DNA from: Rhizodiscina lignyota
Taxonomy: Eukaryota
Length of the DNA stretch: 64,000 nucleotides
NCBI GenBank assembly: GCA_010015805.1
Contig: ML978128.1
Span: 1,302,001-1,366,000, forward strand
Direction: 5' to 3'
The notes beneath the pieces were generated by a model. The model was not told where the DNA came from. It saw only the letters and a list, made by a program, of their open reading frames with translations, and searched no databases. Of the stretch, positions 25,462-37,681 are shown one piece after another; the first letter of the stretch is position 1, and each line of letters starts with the position of its first letter. Made by a program: the position numbers and the translations under genes.

Positions 25462-26238
25462 TTAGCACACACTCCCAATGAATGCCATCTCGAGACACAC
25501 CCGTTCCTTGAAGTCGCCGTCTTCACCATCCTTGACAAAGCGGATCTCGTTCTTATTCGACGAGCCCGTGCCCGTCGTGCGCACGATCCGGTGCTCCTGC
25601 AGCTTCTGCAGCTTCTCCTTGCCCAAGGTGGATTCGTTGAAGAGGATGCGCAGCTCGCGCACGCCGGTGACGTAGGAGAGCAGGGCCTCGATGCACACTA
25701 GCCACGAAAAGGTGAGGTCTTGCACCTTCATGAATAGCAGGAAGCCGGGAGTACCTATATCGTTCTCGACCGGAGACCACGTGTTCAGCGCGATCTCGCC
25801 GAATCTGATCCGCTCCAGCACGGGCTGCGGCACCGAGTTCATGCTCTTGAAGCTGTCCACCCCGCGACAGTCCCAGGCGTCCAGCATGGTTGCGCGCGTC
25901 TCGCGGAAGACGGTATCGAGCACTTCCTCTCGGACTTGTCGGTTTACCCTCAGGAGGGCAGGGAACGGCAGGGATTCGAAGAGGACGTGGGTGAAGACAT
26001 GTGGCTCGACAAGGACAATTGTCGTGTGCGTTGATGTTGCGAATGAGTAGATGTTGTCCCGGATCTCCCGAGGTAGGCTGAGAAGCTTTGAAGAGAATTG
26101 CTTCCACTCGGATTCAGCCATTACCGGCTCCTCTGGAACGCTGTTCCACGTGGTTGTGACAGGATCCTGCTTCAAGTCCAGACGAAAGTGTGGAGCAAGA
26201 CTGTCCTCACAGCAAGTGATGGTAGAGGTAGTGGACAT
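25462..26238 (-). CDS. Hypothetical protein with F-box-like motif
   Basis: Single-exon ORF from ATG 26238. LLSLPREIRDNIY and PALLRVNRQVREE are typical of fungal F-box-like families. Confidence 0.65.
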   Translation of the reverse strand: MSTTSTITCCEDSLAPHFRLDLKQDPVTTTWNSVPEEPVMAESEWKQFSSKLLSLPREIRDNIYSFATSTHTTIVLVEPHVFTHVLFESLPFPALLRVNRQVREEVLDTVFRETRATMLDAWDCRGVDSFKSMNSVPQPVLERIRFGEIALNTWSPVENDIGTPGFLLFMKVQDLTFSWLVCIEALLSYVTGVRELRILFNESTLGKEKLQKLQEHRIVRTTGTGSSNKNEIRFVKDGEDGDFKERVCLEMAFIGSVC

Positions 26239-26721
26239 CTTTCGAACAAAATTTGTAACAGTGACCAGAAACAGAAAAAAGTAGAAACAAGAAAGGTAGA
26301 CGGCTACGAGAAAGTTCCGAAAGATATAAGCATATAGGGGAATGGAGCGATTTTCGAACATACTACCTTGCGAGCGCTCGGAAGCTCCCAAGCTTACAAG
26401 GTTCCTAAAAAATGCCGTCTTTGGCCCCCCTCGCGAATCTAAGCACTATCGGCTTTGAGGAAAGGAAAACCATGGTTATGAGCAGTTTGGACGTAAGATT
26501 GGTTGCAGTGCAACAATCTCAGGCGAGTGTCGGCCGAATGTAAGACAGGTGAAGGACGGTGAGAGGCGGCGACGGCGGCCGTTCGGCCTGACTCAGCCAC
26601 TGTAATACCCGATTGATTCGTTCGCCTCAGCCCTACGACCTTACTTCCTGAACCGGAGTCGCAGTGGCATCCTAATCAGGATCTACCAAGCCCTGCGGCA
26701 TCATAGCTCCGCAGAACGACA

Positions 26722-28276
26722 ATGGATGGCAGCAGGAATCGAGGAGGCCAAGCTCGCAATCCCACTCACGATGAGCGGAGACGGGGTAATCACTCGCACT
26801 CGTTCCTGTAATGGGATTCCTCGCAGATTGTTTGCTCACTCCCATCAGTACCAATGCCGCGCCGAACGACGAGAGGGCCTCTCGATGGCGATATAGACGA
26901 GTAAGCTCCATCGAACAAGCCTCGAAGAGCTACAGAGCTGATCATACAGCCCTCTAGCTGAACCACCATCCCCACTCCCAGAACGAACCTCCACATCCTC
27001 CCCCGCAACACGCTACCACCCCCGAACGGCGTCTCCAGCACCATCAACCTCCTCCTCGATCAAATCCCCAACGACCAAGCCACCCTCCCACCTCCAGCAC
27101 CAACAATCCCTCTCCGCAGACCTGCACGACCTCCCCGCAAAAGAGTACTCCTACCTCCTCTCCCCGACAAACTTCCACCCGCTGCCCACCTCGACCGTCC
27201 CGCCGCCCTTCCTCTCCTCCGCGCACCAGCCGCCCTCAAACACCCCCATCCACAACCTCCTCGCACACGGCCACTTCCGGCAAGCCGCCGTGTCGGCCGC
27301 GCTCGCGCTCTCTACCGCCACAAACGCGGAGGATGAGGAGCGCGTGTTCGCGCTGTGGTACGTGCGGCTGGCGTGCCTGACGCTGTGCGGGCAGCACGGG
27401 CTCGCGGCGCAGGAGAGCAAGTGCCTGGGCGACCTGAGCAGCAGCTTCTACCGGCACCCCGTCAGCGGGGCGCACGTGGTGTCGTGGGAGCTGCGCGTGC
27501 TGGCGGTGCGCCTGCAGGCGCTGGGCTTTGGCGAGTGGAGGAGGGGCGTGATGGGGTACTATGAGCTGGCGAAGGAGGCGCGGCAGGGTGTTGTGGAGGC
27601 ACGGCGGAAGAGGGGGGAGGGCGGGGACGAGAGGGACTCGGTGGAGGAGGAGGGAGACGAGCAGGATGTCAGGATGTGGGAGGCGAGATTGAGGGAGTTG
27701 GGAGTTAGGATTGCGGATACGATGGTCGAGATGGGTGACTTTGAGCTCGCTGGAGAGCATCTGAGGTCCTTGCGGACAACTCGCTCTCCAGCAAGCCAGC
27801 ATGAGGATGACGAGAGGCTGAAGCTGATGGAGGCGCTCGTCTGGCTGCGTGTAGGCGACCTCAGCAGTGCGCGGCGCTGTCTCTCCTCGATTCCAACACC
27901 GGATGCAGAGTCGGAATCAAAGGCCACCGGCGTTTTGCAGGCTCTGCTCAAGACCGCAGAAGGCGATTTCACCGCCGCTACCGACGCGTGGAACGCTCTG
28001 CACGAGTCGTATGAGGACGACGCGCTTATCACGCAGAATTTTGCGGTGTGTCTGATTTATACGGGGCAGATGCAGGAGGCAAGAAGAGTACTGGCGGAGC
28101 TACATGACAACGAAGACGAAAAGCCGTTCCAGGCGCTGACGTTCAATCTGGCGACGCTATACGAATTATGCACGGAGCGGAACCGTGAGAAGAAGTTGTC
28201 CATGGCTGCAAAAGACGCAGACAGGGCGCCGAGAGAGGACGGATGGGAAGGCGTAAATGTCGATTACAAGCTCTGA
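26722..28276 (+). CDS. TPR protein, TRAPP complex subunit 12-like
   Basis: Motifs LWYVRLACL, VSWELRVLAVRLQ, QNFAVCLIYTG and FNLATLYELCTE. The 5' exon structure (ATG 26722) is tentative. Confidence 0.7.
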
Positions 28277-28692
28277 AGATATACCCAAACGGACATTTGC
28301 GATTTAGGCTCAACAAACGAGATTGAGCTCTTGCTCTGGTATTATTACTCTATATGGTCAGTGACAGCGATATCTAATTCGCCGCACGAATGCTGGAAGT
28401 GAGTCTGAGCCAAAAAGTTGAAAAATCAAAAGCAGCAGCTCAGCTGCTGGCGGTATCATCCCAACCACTCCAAATTACCATGCTATGCTTGCGTTATCAT
28501 CTCGGCGGACACGGGACGGAATAGTTAGTTCCGCAGCCTCGAGCCCTTGTGTATCCGTCTTTTCGGAAGCTGGAGCCATGGAGCAGCATAAAGTGAGATG
28601 CTGCCGCTGAAGAAAGCGTTACTCCAAACTGATGCTGTATTATCACCCTCGTCTTGCTCTTGCTATCGCTCTCACTCAAGATACGTCAGAAG

Positions 28693-30255
28693 CTACTGCT
28701 TGATGGCGTACTTGCGTCGGAACATGTCGTCGATTTCGGTCAGGTAGTAAGTACCTGGGAAGAGCGTGTCCGGGTTGCCAGCCGGAGTGTAGCTCTTCTT
28801 GAGATGGGCGCGCTCACGGAGATTGCACATCTGTTCGCATGATCAGCACATCTATCCAGAAGCCAGTACCTTTTCTAAGAATCATATGACTTACCTCATC
28901 AAACACGGCTGGCTCGACGGTCCTTCTCGCCGCCAGCCTGGCCTTGACATCCATCTTCTCGGCAATCTCCTTTGTGCTGCCCCTGATCCTCAGCGAGAAG
29001 AAGCTGCTCGCCAAGCCACTGCCGTAGCTGAAGATGGCGACTCTCTTGCCCTGCAGCTCCTCGCTGGGGACGTTCATCAATAAGCTGCAGAAGCTCGAGT
29101 ACACGCTCGCGCAGTACATGTTGCCGCACATGGTGGGCACTTCGACGGATGGCTGGACGCGCTGAGCGAATCGCTTCTTCGCGAGCGCCATAAAGGTCTT
29201 CTCGACGGACTTGTCGGATATTGATGCTTCGTAGGTGATGTCCTTGATCTCGGCGGGGACTTCAGCGAAGAGTGGGTTGCTTGGATCGACGAGGTAGTCG
29301 TTGTACAGGAGGCGTGCGTAGGACTTGGAGACGAGCTTGCAGGTTGGGGCATGGAAGCAGATGTGGTCGAAACGGTCGAGTGGGACATCCTTCTCGACAT
29401 GTCCATTGGCCGCACTGCCATTGGCCAACTTGGCGAGTTTTGCTTCGCGCTCGTTGTACCTCTTGTAGCAATTGTCGACGGCTTCGGTGTAGCACTTGAT
29501 GGAGTAGTGGCCATCGACGTATGGGTACTCGCTGGTGAGATCTGGCTTATAGAAGTCGTATGCGTGCTTGATATACGTCCCTCTCATGCCAGGTTCGAAG
29601 ACAATTGGTGCGTCGGGGCCAATGAGGAAGGCAACGCAACCAGCACCACCAGTGGGGCGAGCATTGCCCTTCTTGTAGAGCGCGATATCGCCAGCAATGA
29701 CAATGGCGTCACGACCGTCCCAAGCGGACGACTCAATCCAGTTGATGGAGTTGAAAATGGCGTTGGTGCCACCGTAGCATGCGTTCACCGTATCGACACC
29801 CTCCACATCGTAGTTGCCCGACTCTTCGAACAGCTGCATGAGCACAGACTTGACCGACTTTGACTTGTCGAGCATTGTCTCTGTGCCAACCTCGAGTCTG
29901 CCAATGCCCTTGGGGTCGATGGAGTATTTCTTGAAGAGCGAGGAGAGTGCCGTGAGAGCGAGCGAGTAGATGTCTGAAGAACTCGTTAGACTTCTGTAGG
30001 TGTCAGGATAGAGGCAGCAATTCAATTACCTTCTCTGTCATCGCAGAAGCTCATCTTGGTCTGGCCGAGACCAATCGTGTACTTGCCCTGACTGACGCCA
30101 TCGAATTTCTCAAGCTCGGCTTGGTCGACACACTGCAGCTCGCGTCAGTGTTTCGACTTCTTCGCGCCGAGAACTTTTACACAGAATTGACGTACCTGGC
30201 TAGGGAAGTAAAGCTCTAAGGCCTTGATGCCGATATTGGATGGACGAGATGCCAT
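28693..30255 (-). CDS. ERG13: Hydroxymethylglutaryl-CoA synthase
   Basis: [38 protein letters not shown]; catalytic [38 protein letters not shown]; three introns. Confidence 0.97.
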
Positions 30256-32022
30256 GATTGTGAAGCGCTCCAGAGATTTGATATGGTTTCAGGCTGTCAA
30301 TTGCTTTCACGAGTGCTTCGAGAGAGCTTTTATGGAGCGAAAGGGGGGGAACGGATGGCAGAGGTGATAGGCAGCAATTTCGAGGCACACGAGGGCCGTG
30401 TGGGTTCACGGTTGTTTTTGACGACGAGGCGCAGTAGCTACGTAGATGCGCGCCAAAGTCGTACGATACGCCGTCGAATGCGAAGATCGCGGAGAGAATG
30501 TAGCGGGTGGTAGTGGCAATTGAAGCAGCGAATTGAGGGTGCGACTGGCGAAGGCGATCAAGGACAACGGTTGTGCGTGATTCCGGGGAAGGGAGAAGAG
30601 AGGATGTGTGGCTCGTGGCACGATCAGAGTCTGCTTCCCGTTCGACAATTTGCGCACGACGAAATTCGCGTCGTCTGGCGAGCAGGGAATACTTCGTAAG
30701 GGAAGCTCCACGCCACACCGCCTATGCTTGGTCCCTGACGCTAGTCCGCTTCCAGCGCGCAGGCAAAGGAGGCGCGTCTTGGCGCATGTCGCCTTCACCG
30801 TTGGCTGTTATCGATAACTGCGACTACAGTCCATCTCGTCGATATCATGCTGCTGCGAGTGTGGCGTAGGACGGGCCGGAGTGCAGGCTTAAACGGACGC
30901 TTGTTTCGTCGTCTCGTCGCAAGCCTCTGAAACATCTCACATGAGCGCTCCATCCTGCCATACGGCAACCACACCAGCCGAAAGCACCTTTGATTGCGAC
31001 TCGGCTTGTCGACCTTTTCTTCCCATCTCCACAGTCCTTCCTTTCCATTGTTGACAGACGTTCGTTGGCGAGAGTCCGGGGCACAGGACGTAACGGTCAT
31101 CTTGAAGTCGATGTTGTTTATATTGCAGGTGGGACCGATCTGGCCACGTGAATTCCATGAAACTGCTGCTCTCGCGACCATAATATGCGCACATACTCCA
31201 CGATACAAGATGAGACTGTTTGTCATGCAGCCTTCAATCATGACGGGACCTTGTCGCCACACTTCTCTCCTGCCAACAATTACATATACATGGTACCCAG
31301 CTGTAAGATGGATTAAGCGCCCGTCCTGCCTATCCCCGAGATATTATCGACTCTCGGCGGGGTCTTGGCCTGGAAAGGTGAAGCTGTCGTAAGGGCGGAC
31401 CTGAGGCTCCCAGTGCATACCCAATCCGTCCAGATACAACCCTTTTGCTTGGCTGAAGCGCAAAGGGGAGTGGCTGACGAAGCGGACGTCATCAGTTGAG
31501 GTCCACCGTTCGCCTTTCATTCCGACGTGACGGCGATAGACGGTCCACGGGAAAATAGGGAAAATAGGTTGTCTGCATATGTGACGTCTTCCACGCGCGA
31601 ACGGGCGTGGAAGCTTAGATAGACTGCAGAAGGCACTCGGAAGCGCTCTGAACGCTTCGCGATGCTGGACGAGTGCACGCCTGACAGAATATTGCGCTGT
31701 ATTATTGGCCGGTCGGCGGCATTTGCTGCAAGACTTTGAAACAGCTAAGGCCAGGCTTGAGACGGTGCGTACAACGGACTAAGGAAGGCCTCCCCCGTCA
31801 CCAGCCCCAAGGGCCTCCATCACGCTCGCTTCTCTGTCAACAATCACTCAACCACCACTTCGAACCGCCTTTCCCCCTTCTATCCGCCTCAATTCGACTC
31901 CAGATTAAGCGCTACTTCGATCAAACGCTGGCACGACTTGACCGAGCACCGCTTTGCAGCCGTACTGGTGTATGTGCAGCGAGGGCCGTCCTCCGTGACA
32001 GCAGCCCTTCCTGGGGGCCGCG

Positions 32023-34536
32023 ATGGATCGACAACGATCAGAGAACGACCTCGACAGGACTGTCACTGCCCGATCAGATAACCCAAACGTCTTTGACGAC
32101 GAATATGCCGTTGATACCCCGACAAGCGCAGACTTCGAGGTTGGGAATGGCTTCAGCACCGCCGCAGAGCGAGGGGCCGATTCACAACCACGCCGAACGT
32201 CGAGAAACCCCTCTGTCAGGGCAAGCAGTTCGATAGATGCAAAGGTCGCGCCCATGCCGTCACGGAGCAGTATACAGAAACCTCGAGACGCTTTAGGCGC
32301 ACCTTCCCCCTCCACCGACCGTTCATCGACCCCAGTTTCAACCCCTCCCGCGAATGCAGTTGCGACGCCGTTGGCAGACCTTCCCCGACGGTCAAGTAGT
32401 AGAGCCTCTTCAGCATATGCGACAACAGAGAGGGCATCAAGTCCGCAACAAGCATCAGGCCCGAGTTTCCCATATAGCCTCTACCAACAGAGCAGCACAG
32501 GCGTTGGACGGAGTCCAAGCCTAGCAACAACATCTACCGCACGACCCTCGACACTCTCTTCAACAGCACAGCGACCAACGCATCCATACGCTCTCTATTC
32601 TCAGAATGGCTTGGACGAAGGCGCGGAAACCCCCACAGTACAGCAATCAATACCACTGGGCTTCCCTGGTCGAGCCGATGCCTTTCATCGACAAATTGGC
32701 CCCGATGGTGAAGAGCAGGATATTGTAGGGCCGGATGGACACACCGAACAACTTCCACCCTACTCGAGATACCCAGAGGAAGGAGCCGCAAAAGTGGCAG
32801 TGACCGCGACAGCCCCGTCGCAGGAGACATTATCACGAGACACGACACAAACACCGCTGCAGACCAATCCGTCATCATCTGCTTCAAGAACTTTGATAGT
32901 AGAAGACGGTAATAATGAGTCGGGAGAAGTATCAGAAAAGACTTGGCATGAGAAGACCTGGAAGGAGAGGCGGAGGACGAAAGTATGCGGTGGCCGATTA
33001 CCATGTTGGATCGTGACGTTTATGGTCGTCACTGCAATAATAATAGTAGGCCTTGTCGCAGGCCTGGCAGGGGGCTTAGTGGCCGCAGAAAAGAAATCCA
33101 AGTATGTACACAGTATGACAGCGTTAGTTCGGCTGGCTAACACGTCTCGCAACAGTGCTCAAGTTGTAACAACAACACTATTTGATGCTTCACCCATCGC
33201 AGCACCAACAGGAATTCCAGGCCCTCCGGCTGGCACCTGGGCTCTTCCTCTAGGCATTCCTGAGGAGCAGCAGAACGGCTGCATCACTGATACATCGCAG
33301 CAGAAAGCGTGGACGTGTTCGCAATACGGCCCTCCTCTCCTTTTCAACATAAGTGCCGCTGCTGGCGGCCAACGTGTCGTCGGCACCGCCCAGTTAGGCG
33401 ACATCAACCCAAGCAACTCTGGTTTCAACTACGGCACTCAGCCTCCCGTCATGCAAGTCAGCGCTCTTGAGTGGGTCGTTGATCTCGACGATCCTCATCA
33501 GGGGCCGGCATTGCACTTCCAGGCAATGTACGATAAAGTCGTCATTGTATCTGAAAATGACTTCGACCCCGACGACAGTCCTTCGCGACTGCTTCGTCGA
33601 GGCGGTGGAAACAATGGTCTATCATTTGGGCCAGGCGATGAATTTCACAACAAGAAGGGAAAGGTCAACAACGGCGATCAGCCTTGGCTCTGCTACTGGA
33701 ATCAAACATTCATCGAAGGCTTCATTTACATGGAGCAAAATAGCTCCGACGCGGCGTCGCAGTCGTCGGCGTTCGCGTCGTACACGTCGAAGGCTTCTGC
33801 TCACTCTGCAGCAGTTGCCTCGTCAGCTTCCACAACCCCATCCAGTACTTCACCAAGTATGAATGCATTTATCCCGCCATCTGGCTGGTCCCACTTCACA
33901 CCACCAGCTAGTATGCCGTCGTCGGATTGGGCGTCTTGGTACTCCTCGCTCTCTGAAGCATCAGCCTCATCCTCGTCTTCAGCCGCGGCCGCGGAAGCAA
34001 ATGCAGACGCAGGTGCCGATGCCTCCGCCGACGCTTCCGCTTCCGCCGGAGGGTACAGGAAGCGCAGCGAGGACCACGACTCTCAATCAGCCATCACCAT
34101 CCCAACCACAACAACCCCTGCTCCCTCCGTTTATACGATCGCGATGTCCGGAAGCGGCACCATCTCGTCTACCTCCTTCACCGTGCCCACCTTCATCCCA
34201 TTATTCCCGCACATCGTCAAGATCGAAGAGCGCCGCATGGGCATGTCAGACAACAAGGCTGTCTGCACGCAGATGCAGCTCGAGCCCGGAAACCAGCTCG
34301 TCCCTGTCCTCGGCCCGGATAATGGACAGATCACCATCACGCTGAGCGAGTCGGATCCGAGCGATAGCGACTTCGAGCAGGATAAGGATGAGGAGGGGCA
34401 GAGTAAGAGGAGGGCGATGACGAGGAGGCGGTATCGAAGGATGTGGGATCGTCAGGTTGTCGGGTATGACGTGCAGCTCAGGAGGAGGGATAACGAGCCA
34501 GTGGATAGCTGCCATTGTCAGTGGAAGAACACATGA
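32023..34536 (+). CDS. Uncharacterised single-pass membrane protein (Ser-rich cytosolic N-terminus with PPY motif, Cys-containing extracellular domain)
   Basis: 837-codon ORF containing a 54-nt in-frame intron (33102-33155). Motif GPDGHTEQLPPYSRY, one TM helix, PWLCYWNQTFIEGFIY, C-terminal CHCQW. Confidence 0.8.
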   Translation: MDRQRSENDLDRTVTARSDNPNVFDDEYAVDTPTSADFEVGNGFSTAAERGADSQPRRTSRNPSVRASSSIDAKVAPMPSRSSIQKPRDALGAPSPSTDRSSTPVSTPPANAVATPLADLPRRSSSRASSAYATTERASSPQQASGPSFPYSLYQQSSTGVGRSPSLATTSTARPSTLSSTAQRPTHPYALYSQNGLDEGAETPTVQQSIPLGFPGRADAFHRQIGPDGEEQDIVGPDGHTEQLPPYSRYPEEGAAKVAVTATAPSQETLSRDTTQTPLQTNPSSSASRTLIVEDGNNESGEVSEKTWHEKTWKERRRTKVCGGRLPCWIVTFMVVTAIIIVGLVAGLAGGLVAAEKKSKYVHSMTALVRLANTSRNSAQVVTTTLFDASPIAAPTGIPGPPAGTWALPLGIPEEQQNGCITDTSQQKAWTCSQYGPPLLFNISAAAGGQRVVGTAQLGDINPSNSGFNYGTQPPVMQVSALEWVVDLDDPHQGPALHFQAMYDKVVIVSENDFDPDDSPSRLLRRGGGNNGLSFGPGDEFHNKKGKVNNGDQPWLCYWNQTFIEGFIYMEQNSSDAASQSSAFASYTSKASAHSAAVASSASTTPSSTSPSMNAFIPPSGWSHFTPPASMPSSDWASWYSSLSEASASSSSSAAAAEANADAGADASADASASAGGYRKRSEDHDSQSAITIPTTTTPAPSVYTIAMSGSGTISSTSFTVPTFIPLFPHIVKIEERRMGMSDNKAVCTQMQLEPGNQLVPVLGPDNGQITITLSESDPSDSDFEQDKDEEGQSKRRAMTRRRYRRMWDRQVVGYDVQLRRRDNEPVDSCHCQWKNT

Positions 34537-35746
34537 TGTGAGTCGGTTGGGGTGTCGGCGTTTTCTGATTTTCCTTTTTCATGCATCTTACGGGTGTCAC
34601 GGTGCTCTTTGTCTTTTCTCGCTCGGATATTTGGAGCCTTTTCTCGTATGTTTTGATATCATGCTACTTTGGGAAGGGCAATGCGGGAGCGAACGAATAC
34701 ATGACGGATCCACGGCGTATTTTGCGTGGCAGCATCGCGAGGATTCACGGAACAGTCCTTACTTTGTCTGCGATACGATGGGGGAAATGCTGGGCGCGGC
34801 ATCGAGTATATATAGCGTATGGCGGTCTTGATCGGTGTTTGGTTGGGCCCCCGTTGTAGTATAGGCTACCGCAATGAGGATTGAGAATTCATCACTGTGA
34901 TTATACTGGCAACTCTGCTGAGAGTGAGACGTGGAAGCCTGCAGTCAACGAACAGTTGATGAACGCCATTTCGAATGCCCAATGTCGAGAATCTAAACTG
35001 TATTCAATGTGCTATTCTGTACTAGTTCAACTTGAAGGAAAGGCTCTTCGATGCTGGTGGCCTTAGGCTCTGAGGTAGTATTAGATCTGAACCTATACTA
35101 CCATGCCGGTAGGCTTTAACGTCAACCGAGCATCGATTCCGCTTTATACAGCACCCGCTCATGCGTTATTAACCTATTCATCTGGGAGCGGTTCGGTATT
35201 CATTAAGAGCTGTCTGTCTGATCGTGTCTATCCATATGAAGAAGCCCCTAACAAATCTTGCTGTGAGCATCACTGACTGTAGACAGACGATGGACTTATA
35301 GCATTACCGCAGAACATAGAAAAGACCACACATATAAACCGCCGGTATCCACGCGAAAACGGTAAGCTAGATCCCAAGTCGCACGGGCCATGTGGAGACA
35401 CCCGACCCAATTTCCCGTGATATTCGCCACCATTACAACGTCGGTAAAACCGTTCTTCTACCCCTTCGTCTGTATGGCCAGACGCTCTATTAGACCTACC
35501 TGTATCCGACGAAGTCACAACGCAGCACAGGCACTCAAGCATCAATAGGATTAGTCACGGGATCTCGTTATGTAAGCAGTCAACGACTTGTGATCTCTCA
35601 CTTCATTCAGCTATCACCGTTTTTGTGCCGGTGTTCTCTACCGGCCAAGTTCAGGTGCGGCCTGCCGCAAGCATCTCGCGGAGATGCGACTCCGCTCACT
35701 CCCTCATCACCTCCATCATGCCCTCTCCGCCGTCCGCAGCACCCCC

Positions 35747-37001
35747 CTACACCTCCAGCATCCTCTTCCACACCTTCTCCAGCACCACCACGCACTCCGC
35801 CCCCTCCCTGGTCACCTCGCCCTTCGCCACCTTCTCGGCCTCCTCCTCCATGTGGCGCACCGCCACCGGAACGCTCTCGTAGATACTGTCGCATGCTGGG
35901 CAGTAGTACTCCACCACAGGCTCGCGGGCCTGTGTGGCAGCGTCGTCGTCGTCCTCTGTGCGCACGGCCGCGTCGCCGGCGACGGTCTCCCAGGGAAACC
36001 AGGAGCTGACCAGCTCACGTGCCTCGGCGGCAGTGGGGCCCGATGGGCAGTCTCCGGCTAAGAGGTGGGTGAGTGCCGCTGAGAGGCAGGTGTGTCGAGC
36101 CGGGCAGTAGGAGCACTTCGTGCCCGTCGTCTGCTCGCCGGTGCTCCTCCCAGGTCTCGCAGTGCGCGTGGCAGCGCCGACATCCCTTGACACCCAGGAG
36201 GTGCAAGTCTCGCTCGGTCTTCAGGTGGAAGCCGAGGTCGCAGCCGTTGCAGGCCCAGCCTTCTCCACTGCTCTTCAGGTGACGCTGTAGCTCCCTTTTG
36301 CTTCTTGCGTCGTAGCCACAGTCACGTGGGCACACGTTGTGCTTGCCCGAAGCGGCGATGTGGAAGCGCATCTCCACGTCGGAAGGGAGGAAGATGTCGC
36401 AGCGGTAGCACATGGCGCCGGTGTCAGGAGGAGAAGAGATGGGCGCCGCGGAAGGCTGAGGACTCGCCAGCTGCTCTTGCTTCTCTCGGTCAGCCATGAG
36501 CTCTTCACTTGATGCTCCGATCTCTTCGTGCGAGGCCTCGACCGATCCGTGTGAAGCTTCGATCTCCTCGTGCGGGTCATCGATGTTGTCGCTTCCCTCT
36601 TCTTCTTCTTCTTCTTCTTCTTCTTCTTCTTCTTCTTCTTCTTCTTCTTCTTCTTCTTCTTCTTCTTCTTCTTCTTCTTCTTCTTCTTCTTCTTCGTCGT
36701 CACAGTCGCTTGCCTCTTCCTCGCCGCCGGACTGGCGTGGAGAGAGGCGACCGAAGTCTGGTGATTGGTGACTTCCGTCGTTATCGTTCGCATGTGGCCT
36801 CGAGCTATAGCGCCATGGCAGGCGCGGCGTTGTGGGTGATGCTTGTGAACCTCGAGCTCGAGGGAGGTAATACCGCGTTCCTCTCAAAGGCGTGCGTAGC
36901 CACTTACTTCTGGTCAACTCCTCATCCGTGGGGCGGTTTGGGGAAGGATCTCGGTGGCCACCGCCACGGCTTCGCCAACCTCCGCGACCACGCGTAAACA
37001 T
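35747..37001 (-). pseudogene. Zinc-finger protein gene with poly-Glu tract, split by a +1 frame change near 36115-36140
   Basis: ORF 36015-37001 carries CxxC...H fingers. The overlapping +1-frame ORF 35747-36193 continues with CSYC...HLLAGDC and CPAC...HME fingers. No intron signals at the junction. Confidence 0.6.
36598..36693. repeat. (TCT)32 / (GAA)32 perfect microsatellite encoding poly-Glu
   Basis: Uninterrupted trinucleotide run read directly. Confidence 0.97.
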
Positions 37002-37681
37002 GGCGGCAGGAACTGAAGGAATGCTGGAAAGCTTGTCAAGAAGAGAAGATGTTTGCTAGAGCTTGAGAAGGCTCGCGTTGGAATGGGTGGATGTTGTTGT
37101 GGTGAGAGAAAGAAGAGTGTGGGCGAGCGCGAAGGTGTTGAAGTAAAGGAAGGGGAGCAGCGATAGCGGAGGTAAACAAACACCAGCAAAAAGGGAAGGC
37201 ACCGGAGATTAAGAGAGGGCCTCAGTCTTCTGCCTACCTTCAAGGCCTACCTCACCGGCGTAGAGCGCATCTAACCGCCTCGAAGCGCCGCAATTACGGC
37301 ACCACTTTCTGCCTGGAAGTCCTCTTCCCGTGCTCTTTTGAATCAAACGATAGCCAATGTTTAGATATACCTACACAGGATACGGGTATTCGTTCACTCT
37401 TCATCGAGACCAAACTTTTCATTTTTCTATTGAGCGCGACACTCAATGTCGACCAGGCTAGCTACAAATACAGTGCATGTTATTCCTTTTTTGCCTACTC
37501 ATGAAAGCTTCACTCCCTTCACCCAATCAGATGGGTATACGAGAGTCGAGAGCGAGGAGGCCGTCCCTCATACCACCAAACACCGAGTCCCTCGAACGCA
37601 ACTGTCATACGCCGTTCGTCGCGATCGCAATGATCCTATGCAAGTTCCATGTAAGCAAAGTTGAAAGCAAGAGACAAGCCT

